64,000 nucleotides of DNA from Eledone cirrhosa (GCA_964016885.1 OZ024741.1:353896001-353960000); one strand, 5' to 3'; counted from the stretch's first letter, positions 1 to 14,740 are shown. Numbers and translations are program-made. The notes: generated by a model not told the origin, from the letters alone.

Positions 1-1672
1 GCCCGATGGATTTTTCCCGGTTCAGTTTCGCTCCTGACAACCTTTCGTACTCCTCCAGTAAGGTACCGATCGCCTCGATCTCCGAGTCGGTTGATACCAT
101 TACTGTTACGTCATCGGCGTAGGCCGACACCGCTTTGCTCAATCCTGGTTCCAGGGGGATACCCTGCAACAACTCCAACTTCCTCAGTAAAGGCTCGAGA
201 GTCAATACGTACAGAAGGGAGGAGAGAGGGCACCCCTGTCGAATGGATCGTGTGATTTCGAACGGCTTCGAAAGGTAGCCGTTCACCTTGATCCTAGAAC
301 AGATGTGGTTGCTATGTAGGGCAGTGATCCAGCCTCTGAAAACAGGACCGAACCCAGCCGCCGCTAGCACCGCATCCAGGTAACCATGGTCGACCCTATC
401 GAAGGCCTTAGACTGATCCAAGTTGATCAGGGCCCCACCGAAGCCGGGTTTGTTGCCAACCCTCTCTATGATGTATCGCATGAGGTGGAGGTTATCGTGA
501 ATGGACCTGGATGGGATAGCACATGTCTGCGCATCTCCCACCAGGCCACCCACGACAAGCGCCAACCTCTTTGCTAACACCTTGGCCAAAATCTTTAACT
601 CTGTGTTTAGCAGGGTTATGGGCCGAAAATTATTTATACTATCCCCCTTTTTCTCGTCCTTCCTCACCAGCGTGACTACGCCCTTGGCTACAGAACAAGG
701 AATTCTCCCGTTCTGCTGCCAATTGCAGTAGACCGCTGCGAGGAGTTCGGAGAAGAAGACCGGCATTGCTAAATAAAGTTCGTAAGGTATACCATCGAGA
801 CCTGGAGATTTGCGTCTGCTGCATTGGCTCAGCGCATCTCCGATCTCATCAGCCGAGATTGGTCCCTCGCAGGACTCTGCCTCTTTGTTCGAGAGACGCG
901 GCAGGCCGTCGAGGTATGGACCGAAATCCACGCCCCGGCCCGGACCCTCGCCTCCCCCGAACAATCGGGCAAAGTGCTTTTGAAAGGCCTCGCACATCTG
1001 CTTAGGCTCCCGGATCACTCGTCCATCTTCGTCTTGCAACGACCGGATGGTGGATCGATTTCCACTTTTAGCTTCTGTCACGCGGGCCCATCCAACGGCT
1101 TTGGCCCCCTCATTACCTAGAGCACGTATTTTACTTCGAATGACGCAGCCTTCATGCTTTGCATCGAAAAACTGGTTCAAGGCCGTCCTCGATGCCAGCA
1201 CTCTGGCCACATCTTCGCTCTTGATTGCCTCTTCTAATTTACCTGTTAATTCTTTCTCGTTTCTATTCCTATTGGCAGCTAACATCTTGCTATAACTTAT
1301 TGATTCTGTTCTAATCTCTCTTTTGAGAGATGCCCACCATCGGTTGTTGACGATTGCACCCGTCAACCTCTCCTTAACTAATCTGCTAATCCGGTTTCTG
1401 TAAGTCTCTTTTGCCGGTAAAGACAAATTAAGTTTCCAGTAACCGGGACCCTGTCTATGTGTTTTCTCGAGATTGACCACGCAGGTCACTAATTTGTGAT
1501 CCGTGTAGCCAACCGTGCGCATTTCTGGACAGCTTAATATGTCCCTATCCTTACTTCTAACTAAGAATCTATCTAAGTACGATCTAGATTGACCACTGTG
1601 GTTTCTCCAAGTCCAGGTAGGCACAGTTGGAAAATCTAGTCGATATCTATCGACCAAGTTAAAACGGTCGAG
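1..1672 (-). mobile_element. Tx1-like LINE copy T1, 5'-truncated; ORF2 (endonuclease C-terminus to RT) runs off the window start
   Basis: Collinear and near-identical to 47280-48951 (offset 47279). Ends in a short untemplated GCGTGTTG followed by (GATA)n. Confidence 0.93.
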
Positions 1673-1680
1673 GCGTGTTG

Positions 1681-1748
<68 letters not shown>
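1681..1748. repeat. (GATA)n tract separating T1 and T2
   Basis: Direct reading. Confidence 0.98.
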
Positions 1749-1749
<1 letters not shown>

Positions 1750-4700
1750 CTTTCTATTTATTTGCCACCAGGGCATAAAAGATTGGGACAAATACAAAGG
1801 GGGAAAGTTTACATACAATAAAACGAGTACAAAAATATAACAAACAAAATAAAACAATCGAAGTCCTCAATAGGGAGGGGTCGTTTTGGGGGTCGCACAC
1901 ACTCCCGAAAAAATGTGCAACCCTTCTCGTCGGGAGCACAAAGAGAGGGTGCTCCCTTCTTCTCCTATTCTTTCCACCTACAGGCTGATATAGAGAGAAG
2001 GCCCATTCACACGAGACATTCTCGCCACTTTCACCCACTTTTCATAAAACTGGCTGGGGTGGATTACCTCTCTCTCCATCCTGATCCTTCTTCCGAAATG
2101 ATATCGGAAGAAAAGGACAAGTTGTTGGCCGGGGAGAAAGGTGTCCGACCTTAGTCCTTTCAAACGCGTCCACCATACAACCTCTTTCGCCATGGCTATT
2201 ACACAGAGGAAGACCGCCTCTCGTTCGTTTTTGAAGGGGGGGGGGGGGGGTTTGATCGTAACAATGGACTCGGGGGTCAACCGGATGTCTCCCACCCGTG
2301 ACAGAAGTCGTTCCACATAGCCCCACAGGTCGGCAACGCCTGGGCAGTGTACCAATGCGTGCGCGACGGTTTCCTCGTTGCGCACGCATCTCTGACAGAT
2401 CTTTTTCGAAGGGTCCCTACCCGGGCGCCCGTGTCTGTAGAGCTTATCTCGAACGGGCAGAGCCCCACGGTAGCACTGCCAGGCCAGGGACCTCTGGAAG
2501 TTGTCCATCGGTCCCGGGCCAAATGTCCTACCGAACAGGCTGGTCAGTTCTTCCTCCTCCATGCCTAGGGCTACTCCGAGGGCGTCGTCGCACCTGCTGC
2601 TGACCAGCCCTCTATAGAATGTCGAGGTGGAGTCTCCACTGACAGCCGGGCCGCCTTCCAGAGAGCCGTGAGCGCCTGAGCACACTCCGTGTGCCAGGCG
2701 CCCAGTTTTCTCGGTCTTTGCTTGACCCAGGATTGCAGCTCGGTAAGCGAGACGAGTCTTGGAAAGGCTTGCCTCACAAACGTGGCCCACACCGGTTGAC
2801 CGGTGAGGAATACCTAGAGGTGCCGTAGCCTTAATGCGTATTTATGCATCTGAAGCCACGGCATCCTCAGCCCTCCTTTCGAAGGGTGTTGACAGCAGAT
2901 GGATCTCCTCACCAAAGGAGCCCACTTCTTCCAAAGGAAATGGAAGAGTGCGCGCTCCGTTTTGGTGAGAGTTTCTCCTGGGCAAGGCACGAGAGTCAAG
3001 CGATAATAGATGACGTTCGCCACCTCCGCCCGACCTTTCAGGGATAGTTTGCACTCGGCCCAATTCTGGGCCAATGCAAACACCCTGTTCGATACCTCAC
3101 CCCAGTTCTTCTCCACCTGGAGGTCTGGTCCGAACCAGAACCCGAGCAGCTTCACCGGACCCTCCGTCCAGCGTCCGACGTTTCCGTCGGAGGGCATCGG
3201 TTGGCCCCTCCACGCGCCGAGTTGCAAACCGACGGACTTGTTCAGATTCGCCCCTGTAAATCTTTCGTATTCCTCCAGTAAGGTGCCCATCGTCCCGATT
3301 TCTGAGGTACTCGACACCATTACTGTCACGTCATCGGCGTAGGCCGACACCGCTTTCCGCAATCCCGGTTCCAGGGGGATGCCCTGCAACAACTCCAACT
3401 TCCGCAGCAGTGGCTAGAGAGCCAGCACATACAGAAGGGAGGAGAGAGGGAACCCCTGTCGGATGGACCGCCCGATTTAGAACGGCTCTGAGAGGTAACC
3501 GTTCACCTTGGCCCACGAGCAGATGCGGCTGCTGTGCATGGCAGTAATCCAGACCCTGAAAACGGGTCCGAAACCTGCTGCCGCTAGCACCGCATCCAGG
3601 TAACCATGGTCGACCCTATCGAACGCCTTAGATTGATCCAAGTTGATCAGGGCCCCACCAAAGCCGGGTTCATTCCCTACCCTCTCTATGATGTATCGCA
3701 TGAGGTGGAGGTTGTCGTGAATGGACCTGGACGGGATAGGGCATGTCTGCTCATCTCTCACCAGGTTGCCCACGACAAGCACCAACCTTTTTGCTAACAC
3801 TTGGGCCAAAATCTTTAACTCCGCATTTAGCAGAGTTATGGGCCTAAAATTACTTATTTTATTCCCCGTTCTCGTCCTTCCTCACTAGCGAGACTACGCC
3901 TTTGGTCACAGAACAGGGAATTCTCCCGTTCTGTTGTCAATTGCAGTAGACCACCTCGAGGAGAAAAAGTCCGGCATCGCTAAATAAAGTTCGTATGGAA
4001 GACCATCGAGACCCAGGGATTTGCGTTTGCCGCATTGGCTCAGCACGTCCCCTATTTCAGCAGCTGAAATCGGCCTTTCGCAGGACTTCGCCTCCTCGTT
4101 CGAAAGACGCGGTAGACCGTCGAGGTATGGACCGAAATCCACATTCCCATCCGGCCCCCGCCCCTCCCGAACAGTCGTGTAAAGTGCCTTTGAAAGGCCT
4201 CACACATCTGTCCACGTTCAAGGATCACCCGTCCATCCTGGTCCTTCAAAGACCGGATAGTCGATTTAATCCCACTTTTGGCTTCTATTACGCGGGCCCA
4301 GCTGACAGCTTTGGCCCCCTCGTTTTCTAGAGCACGTATTTTTCTTCTGACAACGCAGCCTTCGTGCTTCGCGTCGAAAAACTGGTCTAAGGCCGTTCTC
4401 GACGCTAGCACTCTGGCTACGTTGCCGCTTCTAATCGCCTCTTCTACTCGATCTACCAACTCCCTTTCCTTCCTATTCCTATCTGAGTCTAATTCCTTAC
4501 TAAAACCTATCGAGACTACTCTAATCTCTCTCTTGAGAGAGCCCCACCATCTGCTGTTGACGATAGCTCCCGTCAACCGTTCCTTAACTAAAGCACTAAT
4601 CCGATCCCTGTAAGCTTTACTTGCCGGTAAGGACAAGTTCAGCTTCCAGTAATCGGGTCCCTGTCTATGCGTTCTGTCAAGGTTGACCATGCAGGTCACT

Positions 4701-5258
4701 AACTTGTGGTCGGAATAGCCAACCATGCGCATTTTTGGACAACTTTAAAAGTCCTTAACCTTATTTCTAACTAAGAACCTATCTAGGTACGACCTAGATG
4801 ATCCGCTACGATTTGCCCAAGTCCAGGTTGGCGCAGTCGGAAAATCTAGTCGATATCTATCGGCCAGGTCAAATCGACCGATTAACCCTTTGAGGCTATT
4901 ACACCCCTCTCTATCGGGACAGGCCCCTACGTAGTCCCAGCGTGCATCTAGGATACCATTCCAGTCCCCCACTAATAGCAAGGAGCGGGACGTCCCTAGA
5001 AAAGTCTCCAGACGATGGAAGAAGTCCGGCCGCATTGACCCGAAAGGGCCGTAGGCGGCTACCAACCTAAACGCTCCGCCTTCACCACTGCCAAGGTCCA
5101 CTAGTCGACCCTCCGGGTCCAAATGTACCGTCTGTGTTGCGAGACCCAGATGTTTTTGAAGCAGAACGACAACCCCACCCCACCTCCGGGCTGACAGAGA
5201 GATGCGTGCATCTCAAAATCATCAAAGGTGGGGGCCAGCTGTCGCACGTTGCTGATCC
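1749..5258 (-). mobile_element. Tx1-like LINE copy T2, 5'-truncated, ORF2 frameshifted
   Basis: ORF fragments 4745-5122 (GDWN, SYLDRF), 4052-4732 (SDHK), 3477-3809 (DQSKAFDRV), 2814-3398 (YADD), 1978-2790 (CQRC..H..C). 3'UTR ends in AATAAA then (TATC)n. GATA tracts on both sides. Confidence 0.93.
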
Positions 5259-5259
5259 T

Positions 5260-5294
<35 letters not shown>

Positions 5295-5295
5295 T

Positions 5296-5341
5296 ATTTC
5301 TTTATTAGCCACAGGGGCACAAAAGAAGGGGACAAATACAA

Positions 5342-5342
<1 letters not shown>
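5296..5342 (-). mobile_element. Tx1 3'-terminal stub T3 (~47 bp) between two GATA tracts
   Basis: TTTCTTTATTAGCCACAGGGGCACAAAAGAAGGGGACAA matches the terminus at 30756. GATA tracts at 5262-5293 and 5343-5411. Confidence 0.88.
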
Positions 5343-5411
<69 letters not shown>

Positions 5412-5699
5412 GTTATATTTGATGCAAAACAACAGACAGCCAAACAATTGTTTATCGTCACGAGAATTTGAAGAACGATAAAACTTGTTTCTTTCTTGTG
5501 TCATCATGTTCACTAACAGCTTGACAAATGTTATATGCTTTTCATGGAATTTTCAAAGGTAGTTTTTTTTTCCTACGTTCGAAAACTTCTGCCAAACCAC
5601 CACCCTAGCCTGGCTTACTTGTTTATTTCATCGATCCCGGAACGATGCATAACAAAGATAATCTCAACAGAATTTCAAACTCATAACGTAAAGAGCCGG

Positions 5700-8600
5700 A
5701 ACAATCACCAAAATATTTCTGTGGATAAACACAATATAGATATTTTTTTAAATAATCAGGTAAAAATCGCATAAGATAAACAGTAAATCTTTGTTGTTGA
5801 CATCTTGTTGATAAAGTTGAACTATCACGATAGTGAACAAACAAAAAAAACGGTTTTCTTTACTCAAGATGAAATTGAAATCGTCTTGAAAGAGGCAATG
5901 CCGGAAATACAATACATACAAAGGGCTATATGGAAGCATTTCAGTGCTCTTCAAAAGTGAAGCCCTTGCGAAAAAATACTCAGTGACCCCGGTCACCTCT
6001 GCCACCACACCTTTTTCCCTACATACATGGGAAAAAGAACACAAAGAATAAACATCACCAATATACCACCCAACATTAACATCTGGTGGATTCTGGCAAG
6101 GTTCTTGGAGGAGGATGAAGACACAATACTGTCGATTCAAAAATCCACAAGAAACACCTGGAACGGCACAAACTTAGAAATTTTGGTCCAAATGAAACCG
6201 GACAGAATTTCCAAGATACCAGAAAAGGTGCCAGTATACAATACAAACTATATACAGATTTCGGCTGAAGGGGGAGGCCACATTGTTTTAAATGCGCAAG
6301 CACATCGCATTTAAAAGCCTCCTGTCCCCTCTTACGAACAAACACCCCCACCCCCCAAAAAGTAGTTTTACCAACACAAATTTAAAACCACCACAACAAC
6401 AACACACAAAATAAGCAAACACACAAAAACAAAAAACTGTTCAACCACAAACAACAGAAAAAACACAAACAATTTCCCTGAAAAACACAGTCCCACCTCA
6501 TCCCACTCCATCAAACACTACCACAATCACACACACAAACACACCATCACCACACAACATACCCCTCCCACACGCCCCTGATGACGATTCATCACCCAAC
6601 ATTAACATCTGGTGGATTCTGGCAAGGTTCTTCATCCCCAAGTGAAGATGTAGGAGAGCCTCGTAAATCAAACAAACAAAAAAAAAAGAGACACCACAAA
6701 GCCACAAAAACAACAATCACCATCACGAACAAACAAACAACAACACAAACAACAGCACAAACACCACCACAATCAAACCCCCTACCAGCAAAACAAACAC
6801 CAACACCACCCCAAACACAAATGCCCACCATAAAAAGAAATCTACAAAATGAACAACAAACCAAAACAACACAACAACAAAAAAACAACAATACACATAC
6901 ATTAACACAAACAACAAAAACATAATGGAGGTCATCCCCCAAGACCACAAAAAACTGGGAGGAAAACTTTTCTAAAAGCAGACTCTCAACCACACCTAAA
7001 ACTAATAAGGGTTTCGATAGAAACCTATCAGAAATTGAAAGAACAGTTTTCACAGGACGTTGGCAACCCCTGCCAAAAACCAATAAACTGTGTCCTGTTG
7101 AAATGTTTCCCCACCTCACTCAACATCCCCACCAGAACTGAAATGGAGATTGAACAACCCGATCTCCAGGAAACGAAAAGGTAAGTGCACCTTTTCGTCA
7201 TTTTCGCCAACTCTTCTCCACCAACATGGCTGACTTACGAGTTGGAAGCGCGAATGTGCGTAGCCTAGGGATGCCCTGGAAACAGGGCCAACTTTTAAAC
7301 GACCTTAGGTCACACGGTATAGATGTAATAGCCATCACCGAGTCCAGGATCCACAACAGGCACCAACTAACCTCCATCTTCAATGACTTTGAGATCTACG
7401 CATCTCTCTGTCAGTCGGGAGGTGGAGGGGGAGTGACTGTCATGTTTCGGAAAAACCTGGATCTCGAAGTACAGCAAGTACACTTGGACCCGGAGGGTAG
7501 ACTGGTAGTCCTAGACGTGAACAGTATTGGGCAATGGACTTCGGTTCATACCTCGACGGCCTGCCGCGTCTCTTGAGCATGGACGCCGAGTTCTGCGAAA
7601 GACCGATCACAGCCACTGAGATACGGGACGCTCTGAGCCGCTGCGAGAAACGCAAATCACCCGGTCTAGATGGTCTACCTTATGAGATTTACATAGGCAT
7701 GCTGGACTTGTTCTCTGGCGTTCTCGAATCTCGAAGCCGTTTACTGCAATTGGCAGCAGAACGGAGGAATTCCCAGTGCTGCAGGCAAGGGCGTAGTAAC
7801 ACTGATCAGGAAAGACGAGAACAAAGGGAACGAAATAAACAATTTCAGGCCCATAACTCTGCTCAACACAGAGTTAAAGATTTTGGCCAAGGTGCTAGCA
7901 ACGAGGCTGTCGTCGAGAACCTGGTAGAGGTAAGCGCAAACGTGTGCAATACCGACCAGGTCCATACACGACAACCTGCACCTCATGCGATACATCATAG
8001 AGAGGGTAGTGTGTAAACCCGGCTTCGGTGGGGCTCTTATCAATTTAGATCAGTCTAAGGCATTCGATAGGGTCGACCATTGATACTTGGAAGCGGTTCT
8101 CAAGGTTTCGCTCCCGTTTTCAGGGGCTGCATCAAGGCGATGCACACCAGCATCTGCTCGAGGGTCAAGGTGAACGGCTACCTATCGGAGCCGTTCGCAA
8201 TCACGCGTTCCATTCGACAGGGATTCCCTCTCTCCTCCATTCTGTACGTATTGACTCTAGAGCCACTACTGCGGAAGCTGGAGCTTTTGCAGGGCATCCC
8301 TTTAGAACTGGGACTGCGAAAAGCGGCGTCGGCTTATGCCGACGATGTGACGGTAATGGTGTCGAAGATCTCGGAAATCAAGGTAATCGGCAACCTACTA
8401 CAGTAATACGAAAGGTTCACAGAAGCAAAACTGAACCCGGACAAGTCTGTCGGTTTACAACTCGGAACGTGGAGAGGCAAACCGATACCGTCCGACAGCG
8501 TCGTCGGACGCTGTACGGAAGGAGCGGTGAAATTACTCGGGGTCTGGTTCGGTCCAGACTTCCAGGTGGGGAAAAGCTGGAACGAGGTCATGTTCAAGGT

Positions 8601-9930
8601 ATTTGCGCTGTCTTTGAAAGGTCGAGCGGAGGTGGTGAACACTTTCATAGCGTCCGTCATCTACTACCGCTTGACTGTCGTGCCTTGTCCCCGTGAATAC
8701 CTCACCAAGATGGAACGCATGCTCTTCCAGTTCCTGTGGGAGAAGCAGGCTCCACTGGTGAGGAGATCCGTCTGCTGTCAACACCCTTCCAACGGAGGGC
8801 TGGGCATGCCGTGGCTGATGATGCGCAAACATGCGCTGAGGCTACGGCATCTCCAGGTATTCATGACCGACCAACCGGTGTGGGCACCGTTTGTGAGACA
8901 GGCCTTCCCGCAACTTGTCTCGCTGACGGAGCTGTAGTCCTGGGTCAAGCGGAGACCGAAGAAGATGGGCGCCTGGCACATTGAATAGCTCTCAGGCACT
9001 CACAGTCCTCTGTCAAGCGAGCACAGCAATCAGTGGAGACTCCACTTCGACATTCTATAGAGGGTTAGTACTTTACAAGTGCGACGACGTGCACGGGGAG
9101 ACTCTAGGCGTCGAAGACGGTGAGCTCACCAGTCTGTTCGGCAGGACGTTCTGCCCGGGACCTATGGACAACTTCCAGAGGTCCCTGGCCTGGCAGTGCT
9201 ACCGATGAGCTCTACCCGTTCGAGATAAGATCTACAGGCACGGACGCCCCGGCAGGGATACTTCCAAGAGGACGTGTCCAAGATGCGAGCAGGACATTGA
9301 AACCGTCTTGCACGCAATTGTACACTGCTCGGGCGTAAGCGACCTGCGGAACTATGCAGAACAACTGCTGTCGCGTATGGGACAAATCCAGTTGACTTCC
9401 GAGTCCATAGTAAGGATCAAACCGCCAGCCTCTTTCAAAAACGAAAGAGAGGCGGTTTTCCTCTGTACAGTGGCTATGGTGAAAGAGGTTATATGGTGGA
9501 CGAGAGTCAGAGGACTGAGGACAGATGCCTTTCTCTCCGGAAAACAATTGATTCCCTTCTTTAAGTATCACTTTAAAAGGAGAATCAGAGTGGAGAGAGA
9601 AGCACTGCACCCCAGTAAATTTACTGAAAGGTGGGTGAATGAAGCGAAAATGGCCCGAGTGTTTGGCTTTCTCTGTTTATAAGCCTGTAGGTTAAAGAAG
9701 AGAGCAAAGGGAAGAAAGGGAACTTGCACAACACGCTCCTGAAGTTGAGGGTTGTTCTATTGACGGGGTATTAAACATCCCATTTGTTGCGCCTCCCCAC
9801 TATTGGGGATTTCGATTGTTATAATTGTTTGTTTCAATATTTTTACACGACTATATGTAAAATCCCCGGCATGTGTCTTTGTATTGTCCCCTTTTCTTGT
9901 GCGCCCTTGTGGCAAATAAAGAAATATATC
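5700..9930 (+). mobile_element. Tx1-like LINE copy T4, decayed, near full-length, plus strand; ORF1 remnants ~5700-7184, ORF2 pseudogene 7226-9690 with an internal deletion at ~7525
   Basis: YMGKRTQR ORF1 motif. MADLRVGSANVRSLG endonuclease start. QGFPLS and YADD present, with many stops and frameshifts. 3' end GCCCTTGTGGCAAATAAAGAAATATATC. 5' boundary uncertain. Confidence 0.88.
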
Positions 9931-11179
9931 ATGATAGTGGATTGTAATTTGATGTCGCACCGATAAAATATTCCAGAGAAAAGTTTGAATATAGAAGATA
10001 AAGAGAAAATCCGGGAGAGAAGGGAATACGATATGTGGTTTGTATGCTAAGAAATAGTTGGTAGAATCAATACCTGGTCCATAGATTGATAAGGTAAAGA
10101 GTCCTTAACTTCTGGTAGAGTTGTGGGGATGTCGTCTTGATACACGGCGTAAAGTTTATAGACGTTTGTATAAAGAATGATTCTGTAGAGTAATTATTGT
10201 TCCTCTCCCACACGTGGTTTCCAATAAACACTACATCGATCATTACAGGTAGCACTGTTGAAGATCAATCAATGAGTCGGGGTTGGGCTGTTTCTTTAAA
10301 ATGTGCATTCGCTGGAGGAAGTCACTAACTTGAGTAGAACAGGATACAGGATTCTGCGCTAACTAATACGACAACCTCCTGGAGCGTTGCCAACTGATGT
10401 GTGTTACAGTCTTGATTAGTAGCGACCTCCTTTCCTAAGCTTGTCATCAATAAAACTCCGACGCCATTTTATACCTATAATGAATTCTTTCGACCTCCTT
10501 TGCGAAACTTGTTATAAATAAGACCCCGTCGTCATCTTAAACCAATCATTATATCTCTAGCACCGATATTTAAAATGAAAATTTCCACTAACAATAATTT
10601 CAATATTGCGTATTAAATTATTCAGTTTCTAATCCGAATCAGTGAATTTGAAAGACAGTTTTATGTGAAGTTTCCAATAATATAATCGATAGTTCATTAT
10701 ATCAGTTTCACGCTGAATGTAAGTAACTGTCATTTTCTCGATGGATTAGATGTGTTTTTAATGATTTCTATATTTTATTATTTAATAAAATGAATGAAAT
10801 TTATCAATTTCAATGAGGAACTGAAAAATCTAATGAACTGAAAGCGGTATTTTTTCCCCCTCTCTCTTAAAGTAACAGCATGAGCTCTTCATCTGGAAAT
10901 TACATTCAAAATCAAAATTGTAATACCTTTGGACAATATGAATATATTTCTTATATAGTAATCAATAAACATGTGGAACATACATGATACATCGCCTTTG
11001 TATTATATTTTCTGAAATTGTCTCTGACTAAATTATTTTCATTTCAATCTTCCACTACATTAATGATATATAATGACAAATCTTAGATATGGTGATATTA
11101 AATTAAGTTCGTTTATGTATTTATTTATATTCTCTTAAACGTCCTCATTCTAATGTTATCATTAAATAATTAAAGACAA

Positions 11180-11217
11180 CGTATATACATATGCGCGCAT
11201 ATATATACACACACACA

Positions 11218-11262
<45 letters not shown>

Positions 11263-11337
11263 TATATATTTTATTATATATCGTATATATATATTTTGTA
11301 TTATATATATGTGTGTGTGTATCTATACATACACATA

Positions 11338-11379
<42 letters not shown>

Positions 11380-11565
11380 ATATTCTATATATATGTTATA
11401 TTTTCTATCATATATACTATATTTGTCTGAATGTGTGTGTATCTATCTATCTATAAATATATATATGTGTGTATGTGTATACAGACATACGTACACTACA
11501 TGCATACACACGCATATATGTTTATATGTATATATATATATATAAAGATACATGCGTATACATGC

Positions 11566-11620
<55 letters not shown>

Positions 11621-11640
11621 ATCATAAGCACACATACGTC
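11180..11640. repeat. (TA)n/(CA)n compound microsatellite
   Basis: Direct reading. Confidence 0.9.
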
Positions 11641-12114
11641 TATTCGTGTGTAACGAGGTGAATGATACTTTCTAGAAAATGTTGAATCCAATACATAATT
11701 TAGTAAGAAAGTGTGTTGATTTAGTGCATTTTAATCAAAGCTTTTCAAATGTTCAAATGGGTTCTCGTTTGTATGTGAATAGATTGCGAGTGCGTGCACA
11801 TGTCATGTACGTGTATGTTTATATTGTGTTGGTGCAAAAGCGAATAACTTAGTGGTTAGTGGGTTTGGCTTGCAATCTTATAGTCGTTAAGTGAACATGA
11901 CCCAACGGGTCACGGCTGGTCTAGTATACTACTAAAACTCTGTGATTGCTTGCTTGCTTGTCTGTAATGTAATACAACCAAAAGGGCGCATAATGGGAAA
12001 ATACTTTGAAAGGAAGTTGACTCTGGAATGGGGATACAAATGGAATAAAACAAGTGCCACGTAAATCGGAGCACGGATTCCCGAGATACGGGGTTTTCAG
12101 GCTACCTTCATAAG

Positions 12115-12154
12115 CAGAGAGAGAGAGAGCTGTTGTTGTTGTTGTTGTTGTTGT

Positions 12155-12215
<61 letters not shown>

Positions 12216-12301
12216 ATATATATATGTGTGTGTGTCTATGACCAGTGTATATATATCACAGACACACACACATATATATATACACACACACACATATACA
12301 T

Positions 12302-12367
<66 letters not shown>
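12115..12367. repeat. Compound microsatellite (GA)n(GTT)n(TA)n(CA)n
   Basis: Direct reading. Confidence 0.9.
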
Positions 12368-12369
<2 letters not shown>

Positions 12370-12371
12370 AA

Positions 12372-12722
12372 AAGAATGAAACGAAATTTCATTTCTCACT
12401 TTTAGTACGGCTGGTACTTAAATGTAAGTATGTATGTATACGTACATACATATATATATACAGACGTACAGTAGTATGTATATATATATACACATGCACA
12501 CATATATATATGTACGTATGGGTTTACCGAACATTTATTATAATGCTCGGTTTGTTTGTAAACAAACAGCCCGAATTACGCCGTACAGTGTTCAGGCAAC
12601 CAGCGTCATCTTTTTGTTCAACACTGACACAGGAGCGATGTACTAGTTTCAAGCTTATTAGCTATCGTCATCGTATACCTTCCTGCCAGATGATTGAACG
12701 TCTGAAAGTATATACTTTCCTA
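12372..12722 (-). repeat. Dispersed, diverged monomer of the ~500-bp hammerhead repeat; catalytic core damaged
   Basis: Shares AAACGAAATTTCATTTCTCAC...GATGTACTAGTTTCAAGCTT...AAAGTATATACTTTCC with the 17.7-21.6 kb units. The minus-strand core reads ACGATGACGA instead of GTGCTGATGA. Confidence 0.85.
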
Positions 12723-12742
12723 TATGTATGTATATATATATG

Positions 12743-12780
<38 letters not shown>

Positions 12781-13040
12781 TTTGTCTCAACTAAATAAAC
12801 AATCTTAGTGTAGATCTTTACAGAGAGTGAGAGAGTGCATTAGTCTTAGTTAGAGGGGCTTGGGAAATCAGTAATTTTATAGTGTACGTTCGTAAATGTG
12901 GGGTTTCTTGTAATGTTCTCTTTTGTCATATATAATGGGGTTTTTTTAATGTAAAAGAAAATTATTATTAGATTCTCCAGCTGCTGTATCAATATGAATC
13001 AATTACAATAAAATTTTACCGGAGATAGATAAGTAAAATT

Positions 13041-13808
13041 TAAATATACATGGATATTGTTTTATTGATTTTGGAAGTTCGGTATAAACAGCTTAATATT
13101 TTATTTTCATCTAGATTGTATATTCCTTTAAGGGCTCTGAGAATGTCTATTTATATAAATCCAGAGCAATTGTAAAGGAAGAAATTTGTTGCTATAGAAA
13201 TATCGTAGTTTTCGTTTCTTAAAAAGAAATTGTAATTTATAAATTGACAATTTTTAGAAACACAATTCTATGATAATTGACATCGATACAACGGTATTAC
13301 AGCAGTAGAATATCAGGTTTGGTATTTGGTATGTTCTTAACTCTTGATGGAATCGTAAGGGCGACGTTTGAGACAAAGTCATATATATATGACGCAGAAC
13401 AAAATACCTGTTGATAAAGTGACAAATAAAGTGTTCGATCATTATACCAAAATCTTATTATTTTAAGCAGACAGTATTCTTGATTTAGGTGTCGCAGAAA
13501 GCCTGTACTGGATTATACCATCATTTCCAAGGGTCCCGGGTGAATATTTCATTTATTTTGTTTCACCCGTTTAGCTTGCCTCGTTTTTTGGGCTTAGGTG
13601 GTTGATAGCTTCTTAACCGCCGTCTCAGTTTGTATGGCCTTTATAACCTATGTTTATTGCTCTGGTCTCTTTTGGTCCATGAAGCGTTTGCCAGCATAAC
13701 TCGGAAATTGCGTTTCGCTTATTTCTATCCGCCGAAATACGATTCTCGCTGAATTTATATATATATAATGGAATACTGTTAGCTTCTCGTTACAACAATT
13801 TCTATACT

Positions 13809-13871
<63 letters not shown>

Positions 13872-14081
13872 GTAATAAACAACATAAGGCAATTATTCCA
13901 TTTACCAGTGGTTTCTTAAAAGCAAAAAATGTTGCTTTCAATCCTCAGAATGAAAAAATCCTGGTCTGTTTATTGAATTTGGATTCTGAAAACAAAAATG
14001 CAATCTACATGAAAGTGAGGCTGGAGAAAGAAGAAAGAAAGGAAAAATAAAACAAAACCACACATGCAAACACACACACAA

Positions 14082-14116
<35 letters not shown>

Positions 14117-14698
14117 CATATACACATACATACACTCACACATACACACACACAAGATTATTATACAGTTGACAGCGATACGCTGTCAACTGTATAATAA
14201 TCTTTATTATTATTTTATTTTTTTTATATATGTTGTTTCTTGTATTTATTTGCGTGTGTGAGTGTGTGGAGGAGTGTGTATTTTTCTGATTTTGTACATG
14301 TGTATGTGCGCATTTGTGTGTGTATGGGTGTGCGTGTGTGTATGGGTGTGATTGTGTGCATGTATGTATGTATGTATGTGTGTGTGTGTGTATGGCTATG
14401 TGTGTGTATGTGTATGCATGTGTATGTATGTGTATGTATATGTGTATATATGTGTATATATATATATGTATATATATATATGTATATATTTCTATTTCTA
14501 TATATATATATTTATATTTTTATATATATGTGTGTGTGTATGTATGTGTGTGTGGTTGTGTGTATGTGTGTGTATGTGTGGATGTGTTGGTATTTATGTG
14601 CGTATGTGTGTGTATATGTGTGTGTATGTGTGTATTTATATACACATGTGTATGTGTATGTGTGTGTGTGTATGTGTGAGTGTATGTATGTGTATATG

Positions 14699-14740
<42 letters not shown>

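Noticed and set aside
9960-11180. Host exon in unique-looking sequence (also 38900-39700 and 42260-43200)
   Set aside because: No convincing ORF, recognisable domain or splice pattern by eye; small exons cannot be excluded.
12060-12116. Hammerhead-like CTTATGA-AGG TAG CCT-GAAAA (minus strand); similar weak motifs at ~42198 and ~53440
   Set aside because: Core mutated and no stem I pairing, too degenerate to support.
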